Origin: Camelus dromedarius
Lineage: Eukaryota
Length of the DNA: 64,000 nt
Reading direction: 5' to 3'
NCBI RefSeq assembly: GCF_036321535.1
Contig: NC_087438.1
Span: 10,604,001-10,668,000, forward strand
Shown here: positions 24,846 through 39,040 of the stretch, piece by piece
How positions within the stretch are numbered: position 1 is the stretch's first letter
How the letters are laid out: every line of letters begins with the position of its first letter
Notes under the pieces: model-generated
What the model saw: only the letters and a program-made list of their open reading frames with translations
The model's database searches: none
Told to the model about the DNA's origin: nothing
Made by a program: the position numbers and the translations under genes

Positions 24846-27800
24846 GATGTTAATAAGTGCTATATATAAAAATAAAGCGAAAGGCAGGCGAACAACTTTA
24901 GGATTCAAAGTTAAACATCTCTCTCTTTCTTTTTTAAGAACTTCTCAAAGCCTTTATATGCCAATGTGTGTTTTAAATCTCCAAGGGGACAATGGTATTT
25001 AGGGTTTCCCAAATGTTTTGCCCACTAAATCCTGCTTTGGGGGCACATGTCACACTGCTGACTTTCCTAAAGAAGATACACTCTTGGGAGGTGGGCACAC
25101 AGAGCTGAGGCAATGAGCACTGGGCACAGGAGAATAAAGACCCATTAGCAGTGCTCACGGATGGTTCTCACAGGGTGACACTGTTAGGAGCCGCAGGCTC
25201 ACAGGGATCTAGTAACTGCCCCGGCATAGCTGGCTTTGGGATACTGGAGATGTCACCGGTCACCTTGCATGATTCAGATGGCCACGGAGTTTCTCTAACT
25301 GTGTGATTCTCAGTATCTGTGTGTGATAGCCTGAGGCAGCTGGAGATTCTCCAGGACTCTTCTGAAAGTTAATTTAGCCTTTCTTGCTTTAGGTATTAAT
25401 TCTGAGGTCTCTGGTTTGCATAGAATTTCTCAGTTTCCTTTCTTAATTATCTTGTTGGTATCTGCAGACCAAATCTATAGACTTCTTTGCTGTGTTAGAT
25501 AGTAACTCACACTGACTCACTGACATATGTTATCAAAGCTGCATGTATAACAACTTTGTAGATGGTTCTATCCCAGTGCAAAAATATTCACCTTACCTTC
25601 CCACACGGAAAGTTAAGAGCACACTGTCACTGGATAACACACGCTGCTGGCTGTTTACCCAGGTACACTGGGCTCTCTGCCTAACCAGACATCAGTCAAC
25701 AGGTGGTTTTGACAATCTCACTCCAACAGCCTGTGCTTCTAGCCATTTTGATTAGTACCTGAGCTAGACGTTTTGAGAAGGTATGTATACATACATAAAG
25801 TTAGTAGGTAGTTTCTGCTTTGTTCTCAATCTAGGTGGGGAGATAAGGTAAATTTATAAAACTTGTACAAGTAGACATAGTTATATGCGGCTTGGGGGCA
25901 ATTTTGTAACCACAATTTTCAATTTTGCCACTTCAATACATTTGTGTCAAAACCACTAGGTACAAGTTGCCTAATTCAATAGTTGTTGAATAAAATAAAA
26001 CCATTAATCAGTGAAAGAGAATTGCCCCCTCCCCCCCATAGCACCTCTCTCTGCTTACTACCTGCCCTCCTCCCCCTAAAAAAACCCAACAAAACTCTAC
26101 ACATCCCATCAAAAAAAAATTGGGAGGGGAGAAACAATCTATGTATGCCTATATCTTGAACACGGTCAAAACAAGGGACTCCAATGTTTTAAATGGAATG
26201 TTATCACAATTTTAATAATTGCCATCTAGTAACTATCTTGGAGTCCAACAGAACCCTCCCTTTATGGCAGTATCTGATGAGCGCGTGGTATTTGACCATC
26301 ACGAACTGGGAACCCTTTTCTCAGGAAGCCAGGGGAGCGAGTGCTGGCTGTGCCGTGGCAGGAGGTCAACCTCCCGTGACGAGGGCAGGGACGACTCTGC
26401 AGAGCGCCAGGAGCGAGAGGGAGAGTTCCTGTGTGTGCTGTTCTTGGAGGCCCTTCTAATGGGAATGGGCCCTAGCTGCTCTTGCATCAGATGTGATCCA
26501 TCTTCCGGACAGTTTTAACCGTCCTCTTGTGACCTCTTGTAAGTATAAAAAGGAAATGTAGACAAAAGTGAATCTCTGAACTGACACCTGATTAAGTAAC
26601 GAAGAAGAAAGGGAGCTGGCCGGCAGCACCTTTGCACTGCGGAATTCTTCACTTTAGGAAGCCCATGTTATGTTAGCTATAACATCACAATATAGGTTGC
26701 CATGAATTGAGAAAATATAGTTCTCCTTTAAAAATCTCATCTTCTTTTTTAATTCCGCGTGATGAAAGGTTTCTGGTGCCTCTTCTTTCCCAGCCCCGCC
26801 TCAAACCGCCTAGCACAGAGTCACAGCCACACCGATATCCCATCTGTGCTACTGAGTCAACACTTGGCCTTCATGAAGAAGGATTGTAAAATTTCTTGGC
26901 TGTTTAGGTACCAATTTTCCTAACCTGAACCAGTTGTGAGAAAGGTCAGCTTATTAAAATATTTTCAATTTTGGTATGTATGTCTTGACATGTGCTTTCA
27001 CTAGGGTCATCCATTTAGGTTAGAAATCCCCAAAAATTGGGCACTGGGTCCCCCTACCATAAATCTACAAGCCAGCAAAGTAGCACAGGACACGGGAGTG
27101 TTTAAGTGCTTTGATGAGATGTGTGTCCATCACAACAGAGAACCCTGATTCTCTTCCCCCACAGTTTTCTATTTCTCCTTGAAATCAACTGTTCATGGGA
27201 AGAAATGATGACTTTCCATAGAGATGAAAGCCAGAAGTAGGACCTGCAGATGTTCAGTTCTTATCCTTCTGAGTTTCCCAAACTTTTCAGGCTAAGGCCA
27301 GGGACCACTTGGATGAGAGGCCTCCAAAGAAAACTCTGGACCCACAGGAAGTGGAGTGGATGACTCAACAGGATGGCTCCTTCCTCTGAGTCAGCCCGGT
27401 TGGTCTCAGTGTGACCCTGGACTGGGCACTGGGCTTCTGAAGCCAAAACAGAATTAAGATCTGAAACCAAGCTTTTGCTCACAAAGGAGCCGAAACAGGA
27501 AGTTAGGTTTTGGGTGCCAGCTGAGTGGCAGCCAGACACTGACTGTTTTAGGTCTCCAGTGGCATCACTGCCCACTGTCCTGACTCTTCCTAGGGCTGTG
27601 TCCCACCAACAGCTCCTGAATCCCACCCAAGGGAGGGAAGATGGAAGATGCAATTCTGAATTTCATGGGAGAGGAAATAACACTTATGAAAGCATGCAAA
27701 TTATTAACTTTTAAGATGTAAAGTAGAATCATGATGGACATGTTTGTACCTGATAGCACTGATAAGGTTGTCCAGGATTAACTGATTGATTTTGAGTTTA

Positions 27801-29280
27801 AAGTACCCAAGTGACAAGACTTATGAAATTAACCGTGAATTCAGTGCCTGGCTGTTTATCCCAGGATTTTCAGGTTTCAGGAATCTCTTGCAACGCTAAG
27901 AAACTAGAGACAAGCACGTGCTTAACTTCCACTTTCTGTGCCCTCTGACGCCATTCCACGTCTTTGCTCCATGACTTATTATTCCATGGTGGACTTCTCG
28001 TTCCTAAATTAAAAAGTCAGCCAAAGAACAAAAGATTTGGTATGAGATCAAACCTTGCAAATCACCGTCAAGTTCATTTTTTTTTTTTAACTTCTTTTAC
28101 ACCTAGACCCCTGGATGGTAGAGTGTATTCATAAAATTCCAGAATCAATGCTCTCATGTCCATGGTGGCAAAATGTCATTTGACAGAGAATAATGACTTC
28201 AGCGGGGGCATTGTGGGGTGAAGAAGGTAGGTGGGAAATAAATGGACTATTAAAAACAGATTAATCATGTTCCCGCAAGTACAGCTCATGATCCCTCCGG
28301 CACCAGCCCACACAGCCTCCTAAATTAGGGAACCTCTTTGCCCAGAGTGGTATGCAGCATTCCGAACACTTTGACTGTAATGAAATAGTTACTCGGCTTG
28401 CAAGAGACTCAGCTGTGCCAATGAAATAAACTCAGCCACTTCGCGACCTTCCTCACACAGAAGAAAAGGACAAGGCGGACCAAGATCTCCAGCCCAGAGA
28501 CAGGGCAGGCGAAAGAGGAGAAACCCGGAGTCTGGGCGCCCGGACTCTTTCTTCTCTGATGACTCCACTGGTCACCCAGACCAGACACATTATTCTTTTC
28601 CGAATGAAGAGGCCCCCATGCACAATGGCACCAAGTCAGTGGCAGGCAGGATTGCTGGTTTCAGCTCATAAAAACCCCAGTATACTGTAGAGCCCTTTGA
28701 ACTCCCTTGTGGGGGTGTGCTGTTGGAACTCACAGCTTAACAGAATTCTGATGACGTTACGCATTGTCCACAAATGCAAGTCAACAATTAACCTTGTGTG
28801 ATAAGACAAGAATAAAACGAATATTGAAATGTCTATTTTCAACCCACTGAATTTTTAGTTTACTAACATTTGCACACCTGTTTCAGAGGAAACCCCTTTC
28901 CTCTGTTAATTTCCTGTTTTCTTGACCGATATGAATCCTTTTCCAAGTTAAACAATCAAATCAGCCTCGGCAACAAGGTCCTAGAGTGGGAATATCTCAT
29001 CCACTTTTTCATAAAGAGTCATGCTTGATATTGTCCGTCTTATTCAATTTCTTCCACTTTTAATTCTTCAAAGTCTGAAGACCAACAGGAAATAGACATG
29101 GCACCATTGTGGCTCATTAGAATGTAGAAAATAACACATTTTTCTACTTCAATTCATGGTAGCATCATAGCCTTTACTTCCTTCTCTCTCAATATATTTC
29201 TTTTTATAAAATTCTTGATTGGATACTTTTAATCATTTGACCCTAAAGGGTAGATTTTTTTCTGTTAAGAATATTTACTT

Positions 29281-29447
29281 ATTTATTTTTAGAAGCATTT
29301 TTTTTAAACATTTGATTTGTTTTGGTGGGGGGGAGTGATTAGGTTTATTTTTATTTATTTACTTATTTTAATGGAGGTACTGAGGATTAAACCCAGGACC
29401 TTGTGCCTGCTAAGCACGTGCTCTACACACTGAGCTATACCCTCCCC
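29281..29447 (-). mobile_element. tRNA-Ala-derived camelid-type SINE
   Basis: 'ggaggtactgaggattaaacccaggaccttgtgcctgctaagcacgtgctctacacactgagctataccctcccc'. TSD aagaatatttactt / aagagtatttattt. Confidence 0.9.
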
Positions 29448-29780
29448 AAGAGTATTTATTTAAAAAAATAAACCAAATAGGGCACCAACAAGTTGAAAAC
29501 TACCAAGGGAAAACAGATTTTTCTTTAAGGATGAATGTTTCCTCAGATTAAAATCAAAACCAAAAAGTCATTTTCTACTAAAATATCAGTAAACCGAGTA
29601 GCCAACTTTTTGGTAAATGTTTCTGATTTGGCCCTTGTTCTCAAAATAACCCCCTCCCTCTGCCCACGTTAATATACTGGCCACCTCCTTCCCCCAGAGC
29701 CCCCTTGCCGGTTGCATAAATCTCTAATGATGTTTCTTGGTCTGGCAACAAATTGTCCAGGGGCATCTCAGGTCCTCCTC

Positions 29781-29803
29781 ACAGACAGACAGACAGACAG
29801 ACA

Positions 29804-29841
<38 letters not shown>

Positions 29842-29857
29842 CAATATATATATATAT
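29781..29857. repeat. Compound microsatellite (ACAG)n(AC)n..(TA)n
   Basis: Read directly. Confidence 0.95.
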
Positions 29858-29904
29858 GTTTTCCAGTTTTAAAACATCAAACAAGCAATTCTGGGTCTTG
29901 TAGC

Positions 29905-30255
29905 TGACAAGACTCTCTCATTGACCCAACAACAGTCAGACTCCTCTGAGCCATCGTCTCCACGAGGCCTCATTGACCTGGGGTCCTGTTTGCAGTCTGC
30001 CTAGTCTATTTGTAGCGAGAATCGTGCTCTGTCAGGTTAGCAGGAATCCCCACCCTTGGTGTCTCCTGTTAGTAATTTTCCATCCCTGAGCCCCTCCCTC
30101 TGCTCGTTGGCTACAAATCCCCACTTGTCCTGCTATATTCAGGGTTGCATTGATCTCTCTCCCCTAATACGATAGTGTTGACCCTTATTGCAATAGTCCT
30201 GAATAAAGTCTTCCTTACCATTTTGACAAATATCAGATTAATTTCTTCTTTAACA
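29905..30255 (+). mobile_element. ERV1 solo LTR (MER31-like)
   Basis: 'tgacaagactctctcattgacc...ctcctctgagcc' start, 'aataaagtcttccttacc' and 'tttaaca' end. Homologous to 36447-36882. Confidence 0.8.
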
Positions 30256-30849
30256 TGAGGGACAATTAAAAGGGGAATAAAGCATATTTGCCCTCAAGCA
30301 ACTGACAGTCTAGACGGGGAAAGAGACCTGTGGTACAACCAACATGAATACAGGCGGCATGAACTGAGTACCATGGGCGGTAACAGTACAGGCAAAATGC
30401 TGTCTTTGAATTTTATTCTGTGTAATCATCCTTGTCATAAGATATATGGTTGAATAGGTTCTTAGTAGCATAAGCCACTTTTCCGTGCATGGAAAGGTTC
30501 TAGGATGTTACAAGGTGGTATTAAAATCAGCTCACAGATACTCTCGGGAGGATAAACTTCAGCAAAAGTACTGCACAGATTCACGCTGATGGAAGCCTGA
30601 ATTCCCCAGGGAAATGTTAAGTTCAGGTGGCTATTACGGAGTTATTTTGGCCAAAATATAAACACAGAAGAGTCACCAGAAGAAAAAAAAAAGGAGAACT
30701 ACATTTAATCAAAATATGTAACAGTATCCTCAGCTTTGTAGCACTAAGGGGATCACAAAGTTCCGTGTCATTCTGGAAACTCCCAGCGTGAAGAGGATCT
30801 ATACTGATGTGTGCCAGGATGACCATCAATGCCTGGATCCCCCCTGAGG

Positions 30850-31481
30850 GCCCCTGGGAGGGGCATCCCTCAGAGACTGGGCTTTACTGGCACTTGGTCC
30901 CCAGTCAGTATATCTGCCACGGCTTATCAACTCCAATTCTCATTTCCTGGTTTTCCAGTTGCTTCACTACACTGTTCCAGAGTCATCTTCTTACAACATG
31001 GACAAAATCATGCCACTTCCACCTTCAAAACCCATGAAGGACTCCCACCGCCAACAAACCATTAAGTTTCAACTCCTGCCTATGGCTGATTTGTGTCGGG
31101 TTCTTTCCCAGCTTCTCCTGCTGTCTTTCCCTGCACCCCGTGTCCCAGCTCTCCCCAACCAGTTCCCAGCCCTGAGCGGCACACTTCCCCCCCACTTTGC
31201 TTGGAGGCCACGCAAGCCTCTCTTCTAATTTCCCTCTCATCCTTCAAGGCTCAGCTCAGGTTCTGAGGTCTTTGAGATGGCATTCCCATCTCACAGCAGA
31301 ATCAACTATTCCCTTTTCAATATCACTTCAATAGACAGTTGTTAATCTCTGCATGACATTTATTTCATTTATACATAGCGCTATAAAGTTAGTTACTTAT
31401 ATGTGTGCCTGCTCTACTAGATCACAAATGACATGAGGGCGGAAGACTGTGTGTGTGTGTTTGCATTTGTGTGTGTGTGTC

Positions 31482-31528
<47 letters not shown>

Positions 31529-31610
31529 TCAATGTACTAGCGCAGCTTCTGGTAAATATCACGTACCCAAAAATGTAAATAATGGACCCAAAGTGGATGA
31601 ATTAAGTCAA
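30850..31610 (+). mobile_element. Degraded L2
   Basis: 'agagtcatcttcttacaacatggacaaaatcatgccacttccaccttcaaaacccatgaaggactcccac', 'catccttcaaggctcagctcagg', 'ctactagatcacaaatgacatgagggc'. Confidence 0.65.
31448..31528. repeat. (TG)n(GA)n compound microsatellite
   Basis: Read directly. Confidence 0.95.
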
Positions 31611-33214
31611 ATCTTTTTCTTTAAATTTCAAGCTCAATAGTCTGTTTCTGACACCAAGGTGCATTTTATAGCATGCTTTGACTCCAACTCAAGGATACAC
31701 CTTGGATCTAACCATTCAAGAATTTATCTGAACAGCTCATAGTTTCAACCTCCGACACCTCCTGGGGTCATTACATTCACTAATAGTCATCTAAGCCAGC
31801 TCTTTCTCTTCCTTCCTCCCTCTCTTCTCTAAATAAAATTTTAGTTCCTTCAAATTCCATGGTAGGGGTGGGGGGTGGGCAGCTGAGTCCTAAAGCCAGA
31901 ATGCCAGTATTTACTAAACAAGGCCATTCTTACTTTATATTCAAAGATAGAATTGGAATATGTAGCCGAGTTTTCACGTTTCTAGTCTGAAGAGTCCTGA
32001 CCTCTGAGGTATGTTCTTACACACCAGCGTCTTATCTCTGTCCTTTGGAACATTTCACTTGGGCCTTTCTGGAAATTCAATAATTCTACACAAACTACGC
32101 TTAGGATTTTAGGTCTGTGGTTACTTAGAAAAGGAATAGTTTTCTGTTTCACTTAAAATATTCTCCGCCTAATGATACCCACAAGGCTCTAGCAGGACGT
32201 CTGGGTTGACATATTCAAGAAAGAGGAACAAGTCTCCTGGGTGGGACCACAAGTGAAGATCGAACAACGGATGCCCACTGTATTGTAATGAAAGGAGTCT
32301 CTCCCGTGCAAATTCACTAGTCAATAGAGTGTACGTATGTGAATGGGTTTTTGTGCATGCAAGTGTGTGCTGCAACAGAACACAGGCACAGGCTTGACAT
32401 TTCTTTGATAGCTCTTCTCATCATTTGCAGTCTCACCATATTTTTCACCATATATTTCCTCTCCCAGATTATTTTAAAAACCTGAGAGATCTTGATTTTC
32501 CATATGATTCCAAATCCATATGACTTCCAGGGAACTCCATGGGTTCTACATTTCCCAAGAGATATGCTGGTTCTTTGGTCTAAGTCGGTTCTCACGGATG
32601 ACAAAGTCTTCATGAGCCCCTACCCAGGAATATTCTTCATGTGTAAGATAATAACCACAGCTTGGCCATTTCCAGACAAACACAAAAAGGAACACCAAGG
32701 GTACATACAGAGACGGGGGCCACTAGGCAGACAGAAACACTGACTGGAGTGTTGCAGAGCACAGAGGTACCACTAACACTGCTGAAAACAAGTTGGAAAG
32801 GATTCCAAACGTTGTCCTGTTGAGTCTAGCCGCTCTAAAAATCAGGTTGCTCAGGCTCTTAAGGTTAAGATCCAGGACTCCAGCCAGTAAGCTAGCAGTG
32901 ACCCACAGTGGATGGATAATTATTACAAATGGCCAATTCTGAGTTCTGTTCCCTGCAGTTTTCTGTTTGCAGGACCTACTCACTCAACTGCCCAATCCAG
33001 CTAAAGGTATTTTCGGTAAATCAGTTAACAAAGCACTGAAGGTGAGCTGATGAGAAAGTATCCCTGACCTATAAGATGTCCCCAGTTATTTTAATGTGGA
33101 GACACATCATGTTGAATTTCTTTCTTTTCCCAACCTAAACACATGGTCCTGTGTTGACCTAAAGCAGCTGAAGGCAGGAGGTGGTTGTCTTAGGAGGGAA
33201 CATTCTCCTTCTGA

Positions 33215-33312
33215 ATCTGCCGTAGCTGAGTGTGTTACTTTCAACAAGTAGCCTCTCTGGGTCTCAGTTTCCTTATATACAGAATCAAAGAGGATTGGTT
33301 TAGATGCTCTAA
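33215..33312 (+). mobile_element. MIR fragment
   Basis: 'gcctctctgggtctcagtttccttatatacagaat...ttggtttagatgctctaag'. Confidence 0.6.
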
Positions 33313-36300
33313 GAGAGAGGAGCTACTTTAAATGAATCCAAGTTTAGCTTCTTCTAAACCTCAAATAGCTGGACTAGTGACTTTTCTCTCACAGTGCTTT
33401 CGTTTCCAAATGATCTAACTCGGCATCAGAGAGTGATCTGGAGCATAAAAGAGGGACCGGTGCCAGCGTGAGAGGGAAGAGAGAGGTTCAGCTTGGAAAC
33501 TGTCAGGTTCAGAAGTGGGAAAAAATCATGCCTGCATTCTAAAGGATGTAGAAGTCTGTTGATGATGCGTTCCCTGGATCTCTTCCCTCACAAAAGGGTT
33601 TTGTTCAGGCGTCCATATTTTCATGAGGCCCGTGCGTTTCAGCTGTCTTTCTCGGAACATGAACGTCAAGTCCATCTGACTGTTCCTCAGTGGAGCCTCT
33701 GTAATAGGCTGGTCTGGAACCAAGAAAAGCTTCTCCAACATTCACCCGACCAAGAGGCAGGGAAGTCAACACTTAAGCCACAAGCTTTGGCCACCATGCA
33801 ACGTGATGGCAAAACAAACTCTCCTACCGGGAAAAGAAAAAACTCCTTTGGGATGAGAAGAAAGAAAGGGCCCTGGGCCAGGAACACGTGCTTCCACCTA
33901 ACTCTATGGCTCCTGGCTTTCCTACACGTATTGCCATGAGTTTCTGTTGGACACACTTTATTAAAATTAAAAAATAATGTGAAATCTGCTTTGATGATTC
34001 TGTGGCATGGCATTTTCTAAATTCAACTATTTCCCTGGATAAAATGCTTCAGTTCCTTTAGACATGGACTCTCATTTTTCTGTTGTTTTTGCCAAATAGA
34101 CAGATGGAAAGGATGTATCGTGTAAGAGTCTAGGCTCGGATACTGTGGGGTAGCAAGGATGAATCAAAGCTTACGGACTCTGTTTGGCTTTCCGTGGCGC
34201 ACTCTGGCAGCCGCGGGGTACACGTGTCACAGGCTGTCTGACCCTGCAGGCTGGGTGACGGCGGTAAAATTCTCTGTGTGACGCTAAAACACAGGGAAGC
34301 AAACAATGCAGACTGTTTAACAGGAGTGGAAATGAGTGAAATGCAAATATGGAAAGAGGAAGAGCCAAAAGGGACTGAAATTAAAAATGAAGCGCCCACG
34401 TGAATGTAAGAACAAAGAGGCATTTCTCAACGACTGTGAGAGGGACCACATCTGCCATGTTGAATTAATCCTCCCCCAATTATACACTCTGCATTCACCA
34501 GAGACTGTCCATCCAGCTTCCTTCTGACTCCTCTACCCTCCCTCTGTATTTATCTTACACAGATTCAAGGGGTCAGACTTGGCTTTAGAAAGTGCCACAC
34601 CACCATCACTTTGTATGTCGAGGCTCACGATGCAAAGAATCAGGGTATTTCGTCTAGAGCATCGTTCCCAGGTGGCAGCAAGTCTCAAACACGGCTAGAC
34701 AACCTCTAACACCAGCATCCCTCAGAGGCAGGCTTTGCCTGGAGAGAGGGCTCATCTAAGCTTTCTTTGTAAAGAAAATAAAGAGCTTGGTATATTGCTA
34801 ACAGTACAATTTAAATTTGAAGTGCGGATGCAGAAAGAGCAAGATTTAAGGAAATCAAGAGCTAGCAAATTAGTCTGCCCATCACAGTCTGGACTCGTGA
34901 TGCACCCTGATGAAGGCTTTAGCTCTTTTCTCTCACCTCCTTCATTCTGTGTGGAAGTTCAGGTTTTTCCCAAACTCCATCTTTAAAACTCTCTTGTTTT
35001 CTGGTGGGACCAGCCAAGCGAGAAAGTTGGCCCCTGCCCACCACCATCTACTCCTCTTGGAGCTGTCCGGCTTTATTTAAAAAAATATGTTTTTTTTAAT
35101 GAAGCAGAAGCAGAAAAAGGATCATATGCATGTAAGTCAGAGCATCTGTGCACATTGGCCCCACACTACCCACAGCCTCACAGCTATCAGTTTTCTAATG
35201 TGACACAGCAATTCTGCCGTAGCTTCTTACACAAAGAAATAAAAAGTGTCACTGAAATACTATCACTCTGTTCTACGACTTGTTGAAACGTGTACACAAC
35301 AGACATTTAACAGACAATCCTCCAGCAAAGGCCTTGACAAAGAACTTAGATTTAATTGCTTCTGCAGAGTTACTTTGGAAAAGAGCTAGTTTTCTTTTTA
35401 AATCATGAAATAATTTATTCTAAAAACACACAGAAATTTATTGAGGTTTGTAACATAGAGACTGAAAGTGGTTTCACTCTAAGGCTCAACTCTGAATAGG
35501 GACTTAATGATCAGGTCACTGGCACGAGCTGTCCCTTGTCGGTCACGCACAGGCACAGCCAGCCAGTGTCCAGGAACAGCTGATCTAGTCCTGGCAGGTG
35601 ACTCTCTGTTTCCATGTTTATCTTCAGAAAAATGAAATGCTGAAACTGCATGTTATTCTGCAGCCTTTCTCTCTTTCTTTTGCATAACTTGTAAAATAAC
35701 TAAACACTGAAGAAAGACATTCTGGCAGGACACAGATGGACACACAAAGGTATGCATGTTGGTGTCTCGCAATGTTAATAAAGAAGGCCTGCAACGTGGG
35801 TCAGGACGTTCTAGAGAAATAAGCCCTCTCGACGGGCCTGACATTTATCCAGGAGGTCCTCTCTGCAGTGAAAGTTGTTCCAAGGTTAAATGGAATTCTT
35901 CCCCACCTTCATTTTAGTACATGTATTTTTGTCATAGAGAGATCCACTTTCCCAGCCAATTCCCACTGACTTCCTACAAGTGGGTTAAAACAAATCAAGC
36001 TTAATCTCAGACAACCTTTGCAACTCAGTAGCGACATCACTGGGAGATACACATGCCCACATATTTTGGGCCAAACACCGTGCTATAAATTAAAAAGAAC
36101 TTCACTGCTGCAGAAACAGGCCAGGGAAACCCAGTATTTTATAAATAAGCTTTTTATAAGTTTTAGGCCAGCTTTGACACGTTGGTGGTAAGTATAATAA
36201 AATATCTACATAAAATAAGAGTCACAGATGAGTGAACTTTCTAATAAGTATGAACTTCAACTCTAACCACATGCTTTCCTTTAGCCTGCTAAAGGAGTGT

Positions 36301-36446
36301 TTTTTAGTTGGAATGAAACAAGAACTTACTGTGTATCATTACACAATAAAATTGCCCTGAAGTTTTAATACAAGGGCTTCCTATGCAACTTATTGATTAT
36401 TTCGTTACAGAAAAAGTTATTCTTACTTATTTTATGGAAGTCCAGG

Positions 36447-36882
36447 TGCTAGAAAAAGTTATTCTGACACTTGTTAACACAGTAAAGAAGACTCTACTCA
36501 GGACTACTGCACTAGGGGGTCAGCACTGTGGTGCTGGGCAGGGAGAGAGCTCAGCTCCGAATACAGTAGGACAAGTGGGGATTTACAGCCAACGAGCAGA
36601 CTAAGAGCACCAGGGGATGGCAAATTACCAAGAGGAGCCTTCCAGCATAGAGAGAGTCTTGCTAAAGGCAGGCCACGGGCTTACACATCAAAGTTGAGGG
36701 ATGAGGACCTTGACCAGATATTGAGGGTGATCAGATATCAAAGGTGGGGGGTTCTCTCTAAACTGACACGGCAGGACTCTTGCTAAAGGCAGGCCAGGCA
36801 AGGACAGGCACTGAAGGTCAAGGTCGAGGCCTAGTCCAGAAGAGGGCTAGCTAAACTCTGGTTAAGGAGAGAATCTTTGTCA
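36447..36882 (-). mobile_element. ERV1 solo LTR (MER31-like)
   Basis: Reverse-complement homologue of 29905-30255. Ends 'aggagagaatctttgtca'. Confidence 0.8.
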
Positions 36883-37904
36883 ATTTCTACCATTCAAAAA
36901 TTTTAAGCTCTTAAACTTCAAAAACATGCGAAGACTCTGTGAGAGCCTGCCATCAAAAGGGTGATAAATTTACGGGTTTTGTGGAGACGTTCCAAGTTAA
37001 CTCTGAGCACATGCTTCAATTAGGAATCCCGTGAGGGTAATAATCCAGTGAAACCTCCGTCGTCGACCAACAGTAATAAGCTCAAAGTTCTCTGCGTCTT
37101 CAGAATGAGGGCCATCTGGTTGGCAGCCGCTCTTTTAATCGGCCCCAAAGACAGAGCCTGTTATCACCTCGCTCAGAATTACAGTAACAGCTCTTTGACT
37201 CTGAAAACGAAATGGCATAAAACAGCCCATATTCCAGAGGAAGCACTGAAGGAGGAAAATCATTCCAAATTAAGACTCCGTGACAGGTTCTGGCTATGCA
37301 TTAACACGGTTTTTTGTTAGTTATGGCTGATACTTGCTGTAAGTGAGGGCTTTGAAGCATCTGGAATGGCGTTAAAGTGCCATCTTCTCACTGACCATAT
37401 GAAATAAAAACATAAGCCTTCATTAAACAAAACGTGTACATTTTCAGTGGGAAAAGCCCAATACAGTAAAGAACGACCATTAGCTGGAAAGTAATGTGAT
37501 AACTAAAGAAAGTTTTAGAACTATAATGGAGTCTTTAATTTCTACTGTATCGTCCCATGTAGCTATGGCAACGGGAGACCCAGCTACAGGAGGGAAAAAA
37601 GGAATCCTTTACATTAAGGCCCTCTCATGTTGATTTTTAAATTCCTTTAAGTAGTGACTAACACTAAATCCGTGTTTGTTTTTTTCCATAAAAAAGTCAA
37701 TTCTGCTAGGGAGCAGCATTTGACCTGTACAAATAAACAATTCAAAAATAAAGTTATATTTTCCAGAAAGTCCGGTCCACATTTTCCTTTTCAAGAACTG
37801 ACATTAAGTTTTCTGCCAATGAGCAGACATTTCACTGGACCCCTCTCTTCCTCCTATCTGAAGCTGCAATCAAGCTATTAATGGAATTACTTGACGAGAA
37901 CATT

Positions 37905-38212
37905 AGACCTGGACTTGCCTGTGTAGCAACCACTGGCCTCATGTGCTACTGAGCATTTGAAATGTGACCAGGCTGAACTGAGATGTGCTCTAAGTATTTA
38001 AAATACATACTGGTTATCAAAGATGTAGTACAAAAGCAGACGAAATCTCTCCTAAAGAACTTAATTTTGATTGCATGTAGAAATGATAGCATTTGCTATA
38101 TTGGGTTAAATAAAATAGAGCACAAAAAATTATTTTCACCTTTTAAATGGGGATACTAGAAAATTTTTAATTATCTATGTGGCTCATATTACGTTTGTGC
38201 TGGACAGTGCTA
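37905..38212. mobile_element. hAT-Charlie DNA transposon (MER33/MER3-like)
   Basis: 'ccactggcctcatgtgctactgagcatttgaaatgtg...tattgggttaaataaaat...tatgtggctcatatta...tggacagtgct'. Confidence 0.8.
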
Positions 38213-38898
38213 CATCCCATAGTTCTTTGGGGGAGGCTGTTTTCCTAGCCATCTGAACAGAATGAACAGTTCACACTTCAGAAATAGCGCACTTGCAGAA
38301 TCACATAATGACCCTACAATAGGCCATCTGCTCAGATGCTGATTTAACTCTGTTACATAATCTTTTGACTGTATATTTAAAGGCAGTCGCCTTCATTTTT
38401 CGTGATGTACAGCATGCATTCAGAAGCAACGCAAAACGCTGCCAATAAACAACCGAAATGTCATGACCACAAATCTGTGAATCCAAGAAGTACATGGAAA
38501 CCACTTTGCCCTTTTCTTGTGCCCTAAGTACCTGCCATTAAATACTACCAATACTGTATTAACCTGAGGTTATCTAGGCGTGGCAAAATCAAGTACACCA
38601 TTATGAAATTTTACAACACTCAACGAAGCCAAACTTTCAAATACACATGGCATTGACTATATTTGTTGCAAAGGGCAGAGTACGAACTTCAGTGATTACT
38701 GCTAACAGTTGCTTATGTCATCGGAAACCTGAACTCACACTGTTTTACACACCAATATTATAAGAAAATAACTTTAGTTCATTTACTGTATTGGTCCTCA
38801 GTGCTTTGAAGTGTGATTCATTTAAATGTCAGCGTGTCTATCTCCCAAAAGAGCAAGAGTAACAGTAGCAATAATTTAAAAATAAAAGTAATTTTTTT

Positions 38899-39040
38899 GG
38901 GGGGAGGGTATAGCTCAGTGGTATAGCATGTTGCCCAGCAAGCATGAGGTCCTGGATTCAATCCCCAGTACCTCCATTAAAAATAAGTAAATAAATAAAT
39001 ACCTAATACCTCTCCTCCAAAATAAAATAATAAAAATAAT
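38899..39040 (+). mobile_element. tRNA-Ala-derived camelid-type SINE
   Basis: 'ggggagggtatagctcagtggtatagcatg...gaggtcctggattcaatccccagtacctcca' followed by an A-rich tail. Confidence 0.9.

Noticed and set aside
33493..33939. 148-aa ORF and overlapping antisense ORFs as a CDS
   Set aside because: Non-ATG start, no recognisable domain and no clear exon boundaries. The length is compatible with chance in 64 kb.
29905..36882. Two MER31-like LTRs as the ends of one provirus
   Set aside because: They are in opposite orientations, share no TSD, and have no gag/pol between them.
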